NCBI GenBank assembly: GCA_964491875.1
Contig: CAZBIC010000026.1
Span: 48,090-112,089 of the forward strand
Direction: 5' to 3'
Source: an uncultured Bifidobacterium sp.
GTDB taxonomy: Bacteria > Verrucomicrobiota > Verrucomicrobiia > Limisphaerales > JADJPG01
DNA length: 64,000 nucleotides
Part shown: positions 27,841-36,406 of the stretch, in pieces
Layout of the letters: the number at the start of each line of letters is the position of its first letter
Position numbering within the stretch: position 1 is the stretch's first letter
Made by a program: the position numbers and the translations under genes
Notes under the pieces: model-generated
What the model was told of the DNA's origin: nothing
The model's database searches: none
The model's input: the letters and a program-made list of their open reading frames with translations, nothing else

Positions 27841-28807
27841 GCGTGTGTTCGATGGGCAGGACCATGCGGAAGATGGTGCCGTGATTCATCTGGGTGGAGT
27901 ATTCAAGAGTGCCGCCGTGCTTTTCAAGAATGCGCGCGGCGATGCTCAATCCGAGACCGGTGCCGCTGGCCTTGGTGGTGTAGAACGGATCGAAGAGCCG
28001 CTTCTGCACTTCCGCCGGAATGCCAGGGCCGGTGTCCGCGACCTCAAGGATGACATTGGTGAGCGTTCGAGGACCACGACGGCGCGTCTCGGTCCGCGTC
28101 CGCAAAGTCACAGTTCCATCGCGACCAATCGCCTCGGCGGCGTTCTTCACCAGGTTGATCAACACCTGCTTCAACTGGGCGGCGTCCGCTCGAATATGCG
28201 GATCGGCGAGGTAATCCTCTTTCAGGGCGATGCTCGACTTCTTCAACTCCGGCGAGAGCAGCGGCACCAGTTCGCGCAAGGGCTGGGTGGCCTTCACGAC
28301 CACGAACTGCGGCTCCGCCGGGCGCGCGAAGTCGAGCACGTCCTTCACAATTTGTTCGAGCCGCGCAATCTCGCCCGTGAGAAAGACGTTGTCCTCGAAC
28401 TCCTCGGAGCCCTTCTTCAACAACGCTTGTTGCGTAAAGAGGCGAACGCGGATCGAAGTAAGCGGATTGCGAATCTCGTGGGCGATGCCCGCCGCCAGCA
28501 CGCCGAGCGAAGACAACTTTTCCTGACGTTCGATGATCAGCTGGCTGCGCCGGAGATTCTCCTGAAGCGGCGCAATCACACCGCGATAGGTGAAGACGGT
28601 CAGCGCGCCGCCCATGACCAGCAACACGACCGATGACCAGGTCAACATGCGGTGGAGCTCGGCGATGTCGTCCTGCGTGGGCACATACTCCGGACTGCGC
28701 CGGAGATTGTTCACCTGCTGCCACGTGTACATTTCCGTCCAGACGATGACCATGAGCGCCACCGCGATGGCCAGCAGATGAACAGTGGTGCGCATTTTCG
28801 GCGTCAT
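27812..28807 (-). CDS. Sensor histidine kinase (two TM segments, very short external loop)
   Basis: H-box AAGIAHEIRNPLTSI, DTGPGIP and GTGLGLSIA ATPase boxes. It overlaps the regulator gene by 29 nt. Confidence 0.85.
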   Translation of the reverse strand: MTPKMRTTVHLLAIAVALMVIVWTEMYTWQQVNNLRRSPEYVPTQDDIAELHRMLTWSSVVLLVMGGALTVFTYRGVIAPLQENLRRSQLIIERQEKLSSLGVLAAGIAHEIRNPLTSIRVRLFTQQALLKKGSEEFEDNVFLTGEIARLEQIVKDVLDFARPAEPQFVVVKATQPLRELVPLLSPELKKSSIALKEDYLADPHIRADAAQLKQVLINLVKNAAEAIGRDGTVTLRTRTETRRRGPRTLTNVILEVADTGPGIPAEVQKRLFDPFYTTKASGTGLGLSIAARILEKHGGTLEYSTQMNHGTIFRMVLPIEHTHELATHSGH

Positions 28808-28823
28808 AACGTGAATGCGGAGA

Positions 28824-29339
28824 TCAACGATTCATCTGCCAGAGCGTCCAGTTGAGCACCGCCGCGAAACTGACCCATGCCAGGTACGGCGCGAGCAACA
28901 GGGCGGCGGTCCGGTGAACGTTCCAGAACGAAAGGAGCGTCATCAGAATGCCAAGCCACAAACACACGATATCCACGAAGGCGAGAGCCGGGTTCTTCAG
29001 CCCAAAGAACAGCAAGGACCAGAGGGCGTTGAAGACCAGCTGGGCGAGAAACAGCGAGAGCGGCCGGAGGTTCGCCGCGAATCCACCGCGCCGCCAGACC
29101 AGCCATGCCGCGGATGCCATCATGAAGTAGAGCGCCGTCCAGACCGGACCAAACAGCCACGACGGAGGAGTCCACGAAGGCTTGCTCAATTGCGCATACC
29201 ATTCCCCCGGCATGAAGAGCGCGCCGAAGGTGGCCGCGCCGAAACAGAGCGCCAGCCAACCGGCCAGGGCCAGCACCGAGCGGATGCGGTCCGGCATGGC
29301 GGCGGGAGAGAGAGGGGCCGTTGGCAAGATGGATGACAA
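28824..29339 (-). CDS. tspO: TspO/MBR tryptophan-rich sensory protein
   Basis: WYAQLSKPSWTPPSWLFGPVWTALYFMMASAAWLVW plus a five-TM layout. Confidence 0.85.
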   Translation of the reverse strand: MSSILPTAPLSPAAMPDRIRSVLALAGWLALCFGAATFGALFMPGEWYAQLSKPSWTPPSWLFGPVWTALYFMMASAAWLVWRRGGFAANLRPLSLFLAQLVFNALWSLLFFGLKNPALAFVDIVCLWLGILMTLLSFWNVHRTAALLLAPYLAWVSFAAVLNWTLWQMNR

Positions 29340-29356
29340 GAAGGTTCCGGAGAACG

Positions 29357-29809
29357 TCAGTCTTTCTCGTATTCCTTGAGGAAGCCGATGAACTCGCGGC
29401 GATGATCTTCTTCGCCCCCGAGAATTCCAATGACCATGTCCTGCGTGACGTAATCAACGCCGTCGCAGAGTTTGATGATCTTGTTGTACTGGGCGATGGC
29501 TCCTTCTTCCGCCTTGATGACGCCCTTGATCACCGCCACGACGTCCGTGGTGTCCTTCTTGGGCTGGAGGAATTTCTGGCTGCGCGACAAATCGAGCGAG
29601 CCGGGCACCTGCCCGCCGATCGTCTTGATGCGAGTGGCGAGTTGCTGGGCGTGCTGCACCTCCGTCAGGACATCCGCCGCAAGGGCCTTCTTGATGACAT
29701 CCGAGCGGACGCCGTCGAGGTTCACGGAGGCAGCGATGTAGTTCTGAACTGTCTCCAGCTCCATGGCGTAGGAGAGGCAGAGCTCCTTGATGATGTGCTT
29801 GTTCTTCAT
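29357..29809 (-). CDS. Ferritin-like four-helix-bundle protein
   Basis: Ferritin-like helices with Glu/His ligand candidates (AMELETVQNYI, EVQHAQQL, EEGAIAQY, GGEEDHRREF). Start set at MKNKHIIKE (29809). Confidence 0.7.
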   Translation of the reverse strand: MKNKHIIKELCLSYAMELETVQNYIAASVNLDGVRSDVIKKALAADVLTEVQHAQQLATRIKTIGGQVPGSLDLSRSQKFLQPKKDTTDVVAVIKGVIKAEEGAIAQYNKIIKLCDGVDYVTQDMVIGILGGEEDHRREFIGFLKEYEKD

Positions 29810-30002
29810 ACGCCCGAACTCATAGCAGGCCCTGCGCCCGAAGCAAATCACCGCCAGATCGTTCGAATTGCCAAAGGCCACGCCCCGGTTGGCCAGTGAA
29901 TGAGCAGGGCTGGCTTCCGGCGCGCCATCCCCGATCGAAGGTCACCCCGAAAATTCCGCGAGTTTGCGCCCAAAGCATGGCTTAACGCGCCCTTTCTCAG
30001 GC

Positions 30003-30017
30003 TGGCACAAGGTCAGC
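30003..30017 (+). promoter_or_regulatory. Sigma54 (-24/-12) promoter candidate
   Basis: TGGCAC-AAGGT-CAGC, with GG and GC at the canonical spacing. The -24 element is perfect. The -12 element lacks the usual TT. Confidence 0.3.
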
Positions 30018-30075
30018 TAAAGCATTCGCGTGGTGAACGCTACGTTCGAAGAAAAACACAACTGAAGATCCGAAA

Positions 30076-30297
30076 ATGAAAACAAAACTCATTCTGAAAT
30101 CGTTCAGCGAACTTCCCGCGCCGGAATTCGACTCAGTCGATGCCTCGGGCCTCGAACAATCCGGTTCCACCTCGACTGACAGCGCGACCCCCGGAACCAG
30201 CGTTACCCGGGGTCGCTGGGATCCCAAAGAACCCACGACGGGAACTCTCTCCGCTGTGCTCGGTCGCATGGCTCCGGCGCAATACCATGTCAACTGA
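30076..30297 (+). CDS. Possible small protein (73 aa), unknown function
   Basis: ATG-initiated ORF downstream of the sigma54-like promoter with GC-rich third positions. It overlaps the preferred start of the next gene by 11 nt. No homology is recognised. Confidence 0.25.
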   Translation: MKTKLILKSFSELPAPEFDSVDASGLEQSGSTSTDSATPGTSVTRGRWDPKEPTTGTLSAVLGRMAPAQYHVN

Positions 30298-30835
30298 CTC
30301 CGCCAACACGACTGGCGATTCCAGCCCGGCCACGGTACCCACCCCGCTGGCCGTGCGTCCACGCAAACACCGCCTGTTGCTGGCGGATGATGACCGTGGG
30401 ATTCGCGAGTCGTTGGGCAAGCTGCTCCGCGGCGTCGGCTACGACGTCATCGAAGCCTCCCACGGCGGGCAGGTGCTGGAGATGGTATTCAACGAGCCGT
30501 TTGATTTGCTGTTGCTCGACCTGAACATGCCGGAGATGGATGGCTGGGAAACACTCTCCCACGTCACTCATCTCCGACCCACCCTGCCGATTGTGGTAAT
30601 CACCGCACAGCCGAACCAGCGGGGCTGGCTAAGCCGCGGTGGTGCCCATGCGCTGATGGAGAAGCCCTTGGATCTCCCTCTCCTGCTAAAAACTCTGCAT
30701 GAACTGCTCAGCGAGCAACGGCCTCAAGTTAATGCTGAAGAACCAACCAGCCGGCCCCGTTTCCGGCACCTGCCTCCCCGCAGGTTCACCATGGACTTCG
30801 CCAAGCAAGTCCGCGGCTGGGGAATCAATGACTAA
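30287..30835 (+). CDS. Single-domain (CheY-like) response regulator
   Basis: LLLADDDRGIRE...DLLLLDLNMPEMDG...VVITAQ...EKP. Start ambiguous between 30140 and 30287. Confidence 0.8.
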   Translation: MSTDSANTTGDSSPATVPTPLAVRPRKHRLLLADDDRGIRESLGKLLRGVGYDVIEASHGGQVLEMVFNEPFDLLLLDLNMPEMDGWETLSHVTHLRPTLPIVVITAQPNQRGWLSRGGAHALMEKPLDLPLLLKTLHELLSEQRPQVNAEEPTSRPRFRHLPPRRFTMDFAKQVRGWGIND

Positions 30836-30846
30836 CCCACTCCTTA

Positions 30847-31839
30847 ATGACTGATACAACCTGGCTCTGGATCGGATTCAACGTTTTCGTGCTATTCATG
30901 CTGGCGCTCGACCTCGGCGTTTTCCACCGGAAGGCGCACGTCGTTACCTTCAAGGAATCGATGACCTGGACGGTCGTGTGGATCAGCCTGGCGCTCGCCT
31001 TCAACGCCGGCGTCTGGCACTTCGCCGGACCGCAAAAGGGCCTCGAATTCTTCACCGGCTACCTCATCGAGAAGTCACTCAGCGTGGATAACGTGTTCGT
31101 CTTCGCCCTGCTCTTTTCCTACTTCACCGTGCCGGCGCAGTATCAGCACAAGGTCCTGTTCTGGGGCATCCTCGGAGCATTGATCATGCGCGCGGCCATG
31201 ATTGTCGCCGGCGCCGCGCTCATCACAAAATTCACCTGGATCATCTACATCTTCGGCGGGTTTCTCGTACTGACCGGTGTCAAAATGATCTTCAAGAAGG
31301 AGGAAGAAATTCATCCCGAGCGGAACCCAGTGGTGCGCTGGTTCAAGCGCCTCATGCCCGTCACCAGCGACTATCGCGGCGACAAGTTCTTTATCCGCGA
31401 GAACGGCGTCCGCATGGCGACTCCGCTCTTCGTCGTGCTGCTGCTCGTCGAGGTGAGCGATCTGATTTTTGCCGTCGACAGCATCCCGGCCATCTTCGCC
31501 GTCACCACGGACCCGTTCATCGTCTACACCTCGAACGTCTTCGCGATCCTCGGCCTCCGTTCGCTCTACTTCGCGCTCGCAGGAGTGATGGACAAGTTCC
31601 ACTACCTCAAGATCGGCCTGGGCGCCGTGCTGGCCTTCGTCGGCGTGAAGATGCTCCTCGCCCATTCCGCGTGGAAGATCCCCACCCTGCTCTCCCTCGG
31701 CGTTGTGGTCCTCATCCTGGCCATCGCCGTCGTCGCCTCGCTGATGCGGCCCCGGAAACCGAAAGCAGCGGACAAGATCGCGGGCGGCGGCCCCGGTGCC
31801 GCCATCAACCCAGTCGCGACCACGGTCGTCGAATCGTGA
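30847..31839 (+). CDS. TerC-family integral membrane protein
   Basis: FTGYLIEKSLSVDNVFVFALLF and later FAVDSIPAIFAVT. These are typical duplicated TerC motifs. Confidence 0.9.
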   Translation: MTDTTWLWIGFNVFVLFMLALDLGVFHRKAHVVTFKESMTWTVVWISLALAFNAGVWHFAGPQKGLEFFTGYLIEKSLSVDNVFVFALLFSYFTVPAQYQHKVLFWGILGALIMRAAMIVAGAALITKFTWIIYIFGGFLVLTGVKMIFKKEEEIHPERNPVVRWFKRLMPVTSDYRGDKFFIRENGVRMATPLFVVLLLVEVSDLIFAVDSIPAIFAVTTDPFIVYTSNVFAILGLRSLYFALAGVMDKFHYLKIGLGAVLAFVGVKMLLAHSAWKIPTLLSLGVVVLILAIAVVASLMRPRKPKAADKIAGGGPGAAINPVATTVVES

Positions 31840-31852
31840 ACCGTCCTCCGCC

Positions 31853-31900
31853 CCGGCGCGGCCCTTTGCAACTCATTTGCAAAGATTGAACCCGCGCCGG
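31853..31900 (+). promoter_or_regulatory. Nested palindrome / stem-loop
   Basis: Outer stem CCGGCGCGG (31853..31861) / CCGCGCCGG (31892..31900). It encloses the perfect inner palindrome CTTTGCAA-ctcat-TTGCAAAG (31864..31884). No U-tract follows. Confidence 0.4.
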
Positions 31901-31906
31901 GAATGA

Positions 31907-32281
31907 TTGCACTTGTTGCTGCGGTCGGACGTCGGATTAACTGCGAGCAGCGTGCAAAAACCGCGTCACACCTCCGTCTGTCGCGACGCCGCGAGCCTCC
32001 TCGCGGCCCTGGTTCTTTGCGCGCTGGTCCTCCTCTGCGGCACGCTCGCGGGCAGCCCTTCGTTGCATGAACACGTTCATCACGACGCAGAGCACGCTGA
32101 GCACGAGTGCGTCATTTCCCTGTTCGCCAACGGATCGATTCACTTCGAGCCCGCTGCTCCCGTGCACGCAGCACCCATCGTTTCAGCGGCATTGCCGGAA
32201 CCGCCGGCACTGACTGTTCTTCTTCCCGCGCTCACGTTGCTGTTTCCGCAGGAACGCGGCCCGCCCGTTCTCCCTTCCTGA
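31907..32281 (+). CDS. Possible small membrane-anchored His-rich protein
   Basis: Hydrophobic segment LLAALVLCALVLLCGTLAG followed by HEHVHHDAEHAEHEC. The start (TTG) is doubtful, and a GTG near 31951 is possible. Confidence 0.3.
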   Translation: MHLLLRSDVGLTASSVQKPRHTSVCRDAASLLAALVLCALVLLCGTLAGSPSLHEHVHHDAEHAEHECVISLFANGSIHFEPAAPVHAAPIVSAALPEPPALTVLLPALTLLFPQERGPPVLPS

Positions 32282-32437
32282 ATCCGCCTTCGCGGATTCC
32301 CCGCATCGTCCCTCGCGCGATGGCTGTGGCCGGTTCCATCCGGCCGCTGACACGGATCGCCCGAGGTTAAAACCCGTTCCATTTCGGAACCCCGCCGGCT
32401 CCAAGTCGCCATCGGGTTCCCGCAGCGCAATCAAGCC

Positions 32438-33166
32438 ATGTATCCATTCCGGCGTGAATGGCCTAACCCCGGCCAGTCCCGCGCGTTTACCTTGATCGAA
32501 TTGCTGGTGGTGATCGCCATCATCGCGATTCTGGCGAGCCTGCTGTTGCCATCGCTGGCGGGAGCCAAGGGCAAGGCGCGACAGGCCGCCTGCCTGTCCA
32601 ACCTCCGGCAGATCGGCATTGGCATGCGCATGTACGCGGACGACAACGACGGATTCCTGCCCACCACCACGCACGGCACCGGCACCAATGCTTCGTGGAT
32701 TTACCAGCTGGCGTCCGACTTGGGAAACGTCGACAAGATTCGCGCCTGCGCTTCCGACCCCAAAGCGGAAGACCGCCTCTCCGTGGCCGGCACCAGCTAC
32801 ATCATGAACGAATTCACCTCGGTCGATGCCGTGGATCCGTTTGGCTTCACCGACCCGAATGATTCCTTCCGTAAAGTCGACGCGCTCGCCAATCCCGCCG
32901 AGACCATCACCGTCTTCGAATGCGCGAACGGGATGAGCCCGAGCATTTTCAACGATCACACCCATTCCCGAAACTGGCTGACCGGCTGGCAATCGGTCAT
33001 CCGCGACATCCAGCCGGACCGCCACGCCACCGGCGGTCCCCGCGGTGATCACAGCAGTGGCGTGGCGAACTATCTCTTCGCGGACGGCCACGCCGTCGCG
33101 CTGCAAGCAGCACCGTTGAAGCAACGGATTCAGGCCGGAGACAACTTCGCGCGACCAGCCCAATAA
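32438..33166 (+). CDS. Prepilin-type N-terminal cleavage/methylation protein with DUF1559 (H-X9-DG) domain
   Basis: [25 protein letters not shown]-terminus and C-terminal [12 protein letters not shown]. Confidence 0.85.
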   Translation: MYPFRREWPNPGQSRAFTLIELLVVIAIIAILASLLLPSLAGAKGKARQAACLSNLRQIGIGMRMYADDNDGFLPTTTHGTGTNASWIYQLASDLGNVDKIRACASDPKAEDRLSVAGTSYIMNEFTSVDAVDPFGFTDPNDSFRKVDALANPAETITVFECANGMSPSIFNDHTHSRNWLTGWQSVIRDIQPDRHATGGPRGDHSSGVANYLFADGHAVALQAAPLKQRIQAGDNFARPAQ

Positions 33167-33234
33167 GAATTTCAGACCAACCCTGAACAGGACCAACCGT
33201 CACGGACGACACGAAACAACATCCATCAATCAGC

Positions 33235-33963
33235 ATGAAAACCAACCTACTCCGAATCGCCGGCCTGATAAGCGCCGGCATTCTCGGCGCCAGCAGCGCA
33301 GTGCAGGCACAAACCACCCTGAGCACCGAACACGTCGACATCGGCGTCGCCTACGAAGACGGCGCGTGGGATCTCCACGTTCACGACGAAACCAACGACG
33401 TCGAATACGAACCCGTCGACGCCATCCTGCAAGTCGGCGCGGCGGCGGAAACAACCGTCTCGTCCAATCCGCTCTTCAGATTCCTCGGCACCGCCGGCAG
33501 CGCCACCTGGATCCTGCCGGCCGTGCAGAATCCCGGCCTGCTCTTCCTCGGCTTTGGCGCAGAAGAAATCGAGTCCGGCGTGTTCGCCGGAGACAGCATC
33601 AGCGTGCATCTGCGCAGCGTGAATGGTCCCGGGACCTTCGCCGTGTTCGCGTTCGATGGCGCGACCGGCAACCCGCAAGTCTTCATGAACTCCGGCGATG
33701 GATTTGGAGCCGGCGATTCATTCCTCGTGCCCGCGGGTGGTCACTCCGATCTGAACTGGGCCTTCAGCACGCCCGGCACCTACACCGTGAGCTTCGAAGC
33801 CTCGGGAACGTTGGTCGATGGCAACGCGTTCATCACCAGCGGCCCGGTTGACTACACCTTCCAGGTCGTGCCCGAACCCTCCACCTGGGCGTTGCTCGGC
33901 GTGTCGTTCGCCGGCTTCGTGCTCTGGCAACTGCGCCGTCGTCACACCGCCGCGCAGCCTTGA
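33235..33963 (+). CDS. Secreted TIGR03769-like (choice-of-anchor-M-like) surface protein with PEP-CTERM anchor
   Basis: Signal peptide. Motifs STEHVDIGV, ATWILPAVQNPGLLFLGFGAEEI and GGHSDLNWAFSTPGTYTVSF. C-terminal VPEPSTWALLGVSFAGFVLWQLRRR. Confidence 0.75.
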   Translation: MKTNLLRIAGLISAGILGASSAVQAQTTLSTEHVDIGVAYEDGAWDLHVHDETNDVEYEPVDAILQVGAAAETTVSSNPLFRFLGTAGSATWILPAVQNPGLLFLGFGAEEIESGVFAGDSISVHLRSVNGPGTFAVFAFDGATGNPQVFMNSGDGFGAGDSFLVPAGGHSDLNWAFSTPGTYTVSFEASGTLVDGNAFITSGPVDYTFQVVPEPSTWALLGVSFAGFVLWQLRRRHTAAQP

Positions 33964-34035
33964 ACAACCCTTTGCTGTGGGCCGCCTCGCGGCCGGGCGG
34001 GGACTGACTCACCCCGGCTGATACAGCACCTGAAA

Positions 34036-34080
34036 GGCGGTGGCCGGCTAATCCTTTCTCCGGCCACCGCCCGCAGTTTT
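34036..34080 (+). terminator. Strong hairpin, probable intrinsic terminator/attenuator
   Basis: 12-bp perfect stem GGCGGTGGCCGG (34036..34047) / CCGGCCACCGCC (34060..34071), then CGCAGTTTT. Confidence 0.6.
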
Positions 34081-34108
34081 ACCAGAAACGTCTGCCGTTC
34101 CCGATGCC

Positions 34109-35155
34109 ATGAATGCTGTTCCGATTGTTCTCGGTCTCGCCGCCTCGCTCGCCGCTGACGGCGTTGCGCAAACCGATTTCACCACTCTCACCCGTGAGCA
34201 TACGGATATGCGCATCCTCTACAGCCCCACCGGCAGCAACGTGCCGGAGCTCGTGATGCGCGATGAAGATCGCAGCCTCAATCACCGGACCAATGACGTC
34301 ATCCTCATCGCAAAGGAACAAGCGCGCCTCACCCTTCCGGCCGGCACTCCGTTTGGCGACGCAGGGCAGCCGTTCTGGATCCTGCCGCAAACGCAGAACG
34401 CGAAACTGCTTTACCTCGGCGTCTCCGCAGAGGGCATCGCCCAGAACATCTTCAACGGACCCCTGACCATCTCGCTCAAGCGTCTCGAAGGCCCCGGATA
34501 TTTCATGGCGTGGCAGGCCACCGGCCCGGGCCAGTTCAACATCCGCGTGAACACTCGCGACGGCATCTCCGCCGCTGACGCGTTCACGCCCATCATCGGC
34601 AGCCACGAGCACTTCAACTGGGGCTTCAGCTCCGCCGGCGTCTTCTCGCTCACGTTCCAAGTCACCGGCCGGCGCCTCGGCGAGAGCACCAACATCACCA
34701 GCCCGGAATGCACTTTCGTCTTCCACGTTCTCCCGCTCGCGCCGCCGACCAACTTCGTCGCCTGGCAGCGCAGCCACTGGCCGCCGGGATTCAATCCCGC
34801 CATCGCGGCCGGCTCAGCTGATCCCGACGGCGACACATTCAGCAACTGGCACGAATACGCGTTCGGGCTTTCACCTACGAATGTGAATCCCATCACCACA
34901 GCCCCAGGCTTCGCGTGGATCGAAGAAGGCACGCAACGCTTCGGCAGCCTCGCCATCACGCGCTATCAGCCCGCGCTCGATCTCGACTACGCCGTGGAGG
35001 CGGCGGACGCGATCATTGGTCCATGGACTCGGCTCGAAAATGTCACTACTCTTGAGCCGAACCCAGACGGGTTGACTGAGCGGGTGACCGTGCGCGACAC
35101 CAAACCCGGCTCGAGCCCGCAGCGGTTCCTCCGACTAAACGTGAAGCCGCGCTGA
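34109..35155 (+). CDS. Secreted TIGR03769-like surface protein, paralog of 33235..33963, with a different C-terminal module
   Basis: Signal peptide. Motifs TREHTDMRI, PFWILPQTQNAKLLYLGVSAEGI and GSHEHFNWGFSSAGVFSLTF. The C-terminus ends ...SSPQRFLRLNVKPR rather than PEP-CTERM. Confidence 0.7.
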   Translation: MNAVPIVLGLAASLAADGVAQTDFTTLTREHTDMRILYSPTGSNVPELVMRDEDRSLNHRTNDVILIAKEQARLTLPAGTPFGDAGQPFWILPQTQNAKLLYLGVSAEGIAQNIFNGPLTISLKRLEGPGYFMAWQATGPGQFNIRVNTRDGISAADAFTPIIGSHEHFNWGFSSAGVFSLTFQVTGRRLGESTNITSPECTFVFHVLPLAPPTNFVAWQRSHWPPGFNPAIAAGSADPDGDTFSNWHEYAFGLSPTNVNPITTAPGFAWIEEGTQRFGSLAITRYQPALDLDYAVEAADAIIGPWTRLENVTTLEPNPDGLTERVTVRDTKPGSSPQRFLRLNVKPR

Positions 35156-35821
35156 ATGAATCGATTCAAACCAGTCAAACGTCGACACCTCGTCCTCCTC
35201 GCCATGACCGCAGCCGCGCCACTGCTCCTGTCATTGCCGCTGCTCGCGCAGACCAATTCCACGCCCACCCAGCGCGGAGAAGTCCGCGGCAAGCCCATCC
35301 AACGCCTGCCCGCCACACCCGCTCCGGCCAAGGCGCCCGATGACACGCGCGTGACCGCATTGGACGCGCCCGACGCGCGCGACGGAGCATTCACGATCCT
35401 GAGTTTCGAAAAGCTTTCCGCCTACGACTACTTCGTCACCGAGGTTCCGTCCCTACTCGAACCCGAGCGCCTGGTGCTGCGCTCGACCAACTCCATTCCT
35501 CCTCAAATCAAGGCCTACAACGGAAAGCGCGTCAGCATCAGCGGATTCGTCCGCCCCCTGCGCACGCAGAACCGGCTGGTCACGGAGTTCCTCCTCCTGC
35601 GGGACCAGGGCACCTGCTGTTTCGGGTCGCGCGCACAGATGAACCATTTCGTCCGCGTGAAGCTCAAGGGCGGCGGATTCTCCCCGGGACTTCCCGTGCC
35701 CTACAAGGCCACCGGCACGCTGACCGTCGGCGAGGAATACGTGGGCGAATTCCTCACCAGCATCTACTCGATGGACGCTGAAAAAGTCGTGCCGCAGCAA
35801 GAGGAACCCACCGGGCTATGA
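35156..35821 (+). CDS. DUF3299-domain protein
   Basis: FTILSFEKLSAYDY...IPPQIKAYNGKRVSISGFVRPL...EFLLLRDQGTCCFG...NHFVRV matches my recollection of the DUF3299 pattern. The start abuts the upstream stop (TGAATG). Confidence 0.7.
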   Translation: MNRFKPVKRRHLVLLAMTAAAPLLLSLPLLAQTNSTPTQRGEVRGKPIQRLPATPAPAKAPDDTRVTALDAPDARDGAFTILSFEKLSAYDYFVTEVPSLLEPERLVLRSTNSIPPQIKAYNGKRVSISGFVRPLRTQNRLVTEFLLLRDQGTCCFGSRAQMNHFVRVKLKGGGFSPGLPVPYKATGTLTVGEEYVGEFLTSIYSMDAEKVVPQQEEPTGL

Positions 35822-36360
35822 ACCAGTCCGCACCAGACGAATTCTCCCCGGCGTCGGCCGGTGCAGCGGCGACCTCGACGGAAAGCCGCCTCGCCTGGGC
35901 GCTGGCCTTTTGCAGTCGCGCACAACTGGTGATGACGCCGGCGCGGAAGAAAATTCTCCTTTACCTCGCCGCACGTCGCGTCCCGACCAGCATTGAGCTG
36001 ATGACCCGCTCGGAGGAGCTGCACGGCTCTTGCGACACTGTGACGATCTACCGCGCGCTTGGCCTCTTCAAGGAGATCGATCTCGTGCGCCAGGTCGGGC
36101 TCCTGAAGAAGAACGCATTCTACGTGCTCAACGCACCGGGCGCACCGTGTCACTATCTCATCTGCCGCCACTGCGAGACATTGATCGAACTGCCCTGCGA
36201 TGACCCGGTGCAGGAATGGGCGCAACGCGCTTCCGCCGCACACGGGTTCACCTCGGTTTATCACGAGCTGGAAATTTATGGCGTGTGTCCACGCTGCGCC
36301 GAAAGCCAGTCCGGCCAGCCGCGTCCCTCGAAGCTTCGCATCCGGCTCGACCCGGTGTGA
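35818..36360 (+). CDS. Fur-family metalloregulator (Fur/Zur-like)
   Basis: Winged helix ARKKILLYLAARRVPTSIELM...VTIYRALGLF. Two CxxC pairs (CRHCETLIE, CPRCAES). The ATG overlaps the upstream stop (ATGA). Confidence 0.85.
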   Translation: MNQSAPDEFSPASAGAAATSTESRLAWALAFCSRAQLVMTPARKKILLYLAARRVPTSIELMTRSEELHGSCDTVTIYRALGLFKEIDLVRQVGLLKKNAFYVLNAPGAPCHYLICRHCETLIELPCDDPVQEWAQRASAAHGFTSVYHELEIYGVCPRCAESQSGQPRPSKLRIRLDPV

Positions 36361-36406
36361 CACGAGGAGTTGACCACTTGCCGTCGACGCACTAAATCCA
36401 ACAGCA

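Noticed and set aside
26434-28053. 539-aa ORF antisense to the sigma54 activator
   Set aside because: It is a shadow ORF. The minus-strand gene has complete REC, AAA+ (GAFTGA) and HTH signatures.
30836-30846. yybP-ykoY (Mn) riboswitch in front of the TerC gene
   Set aside because: Only 11 nt separate TerC from the upstream response-regulator gene, so there is no room for a riboswitch.
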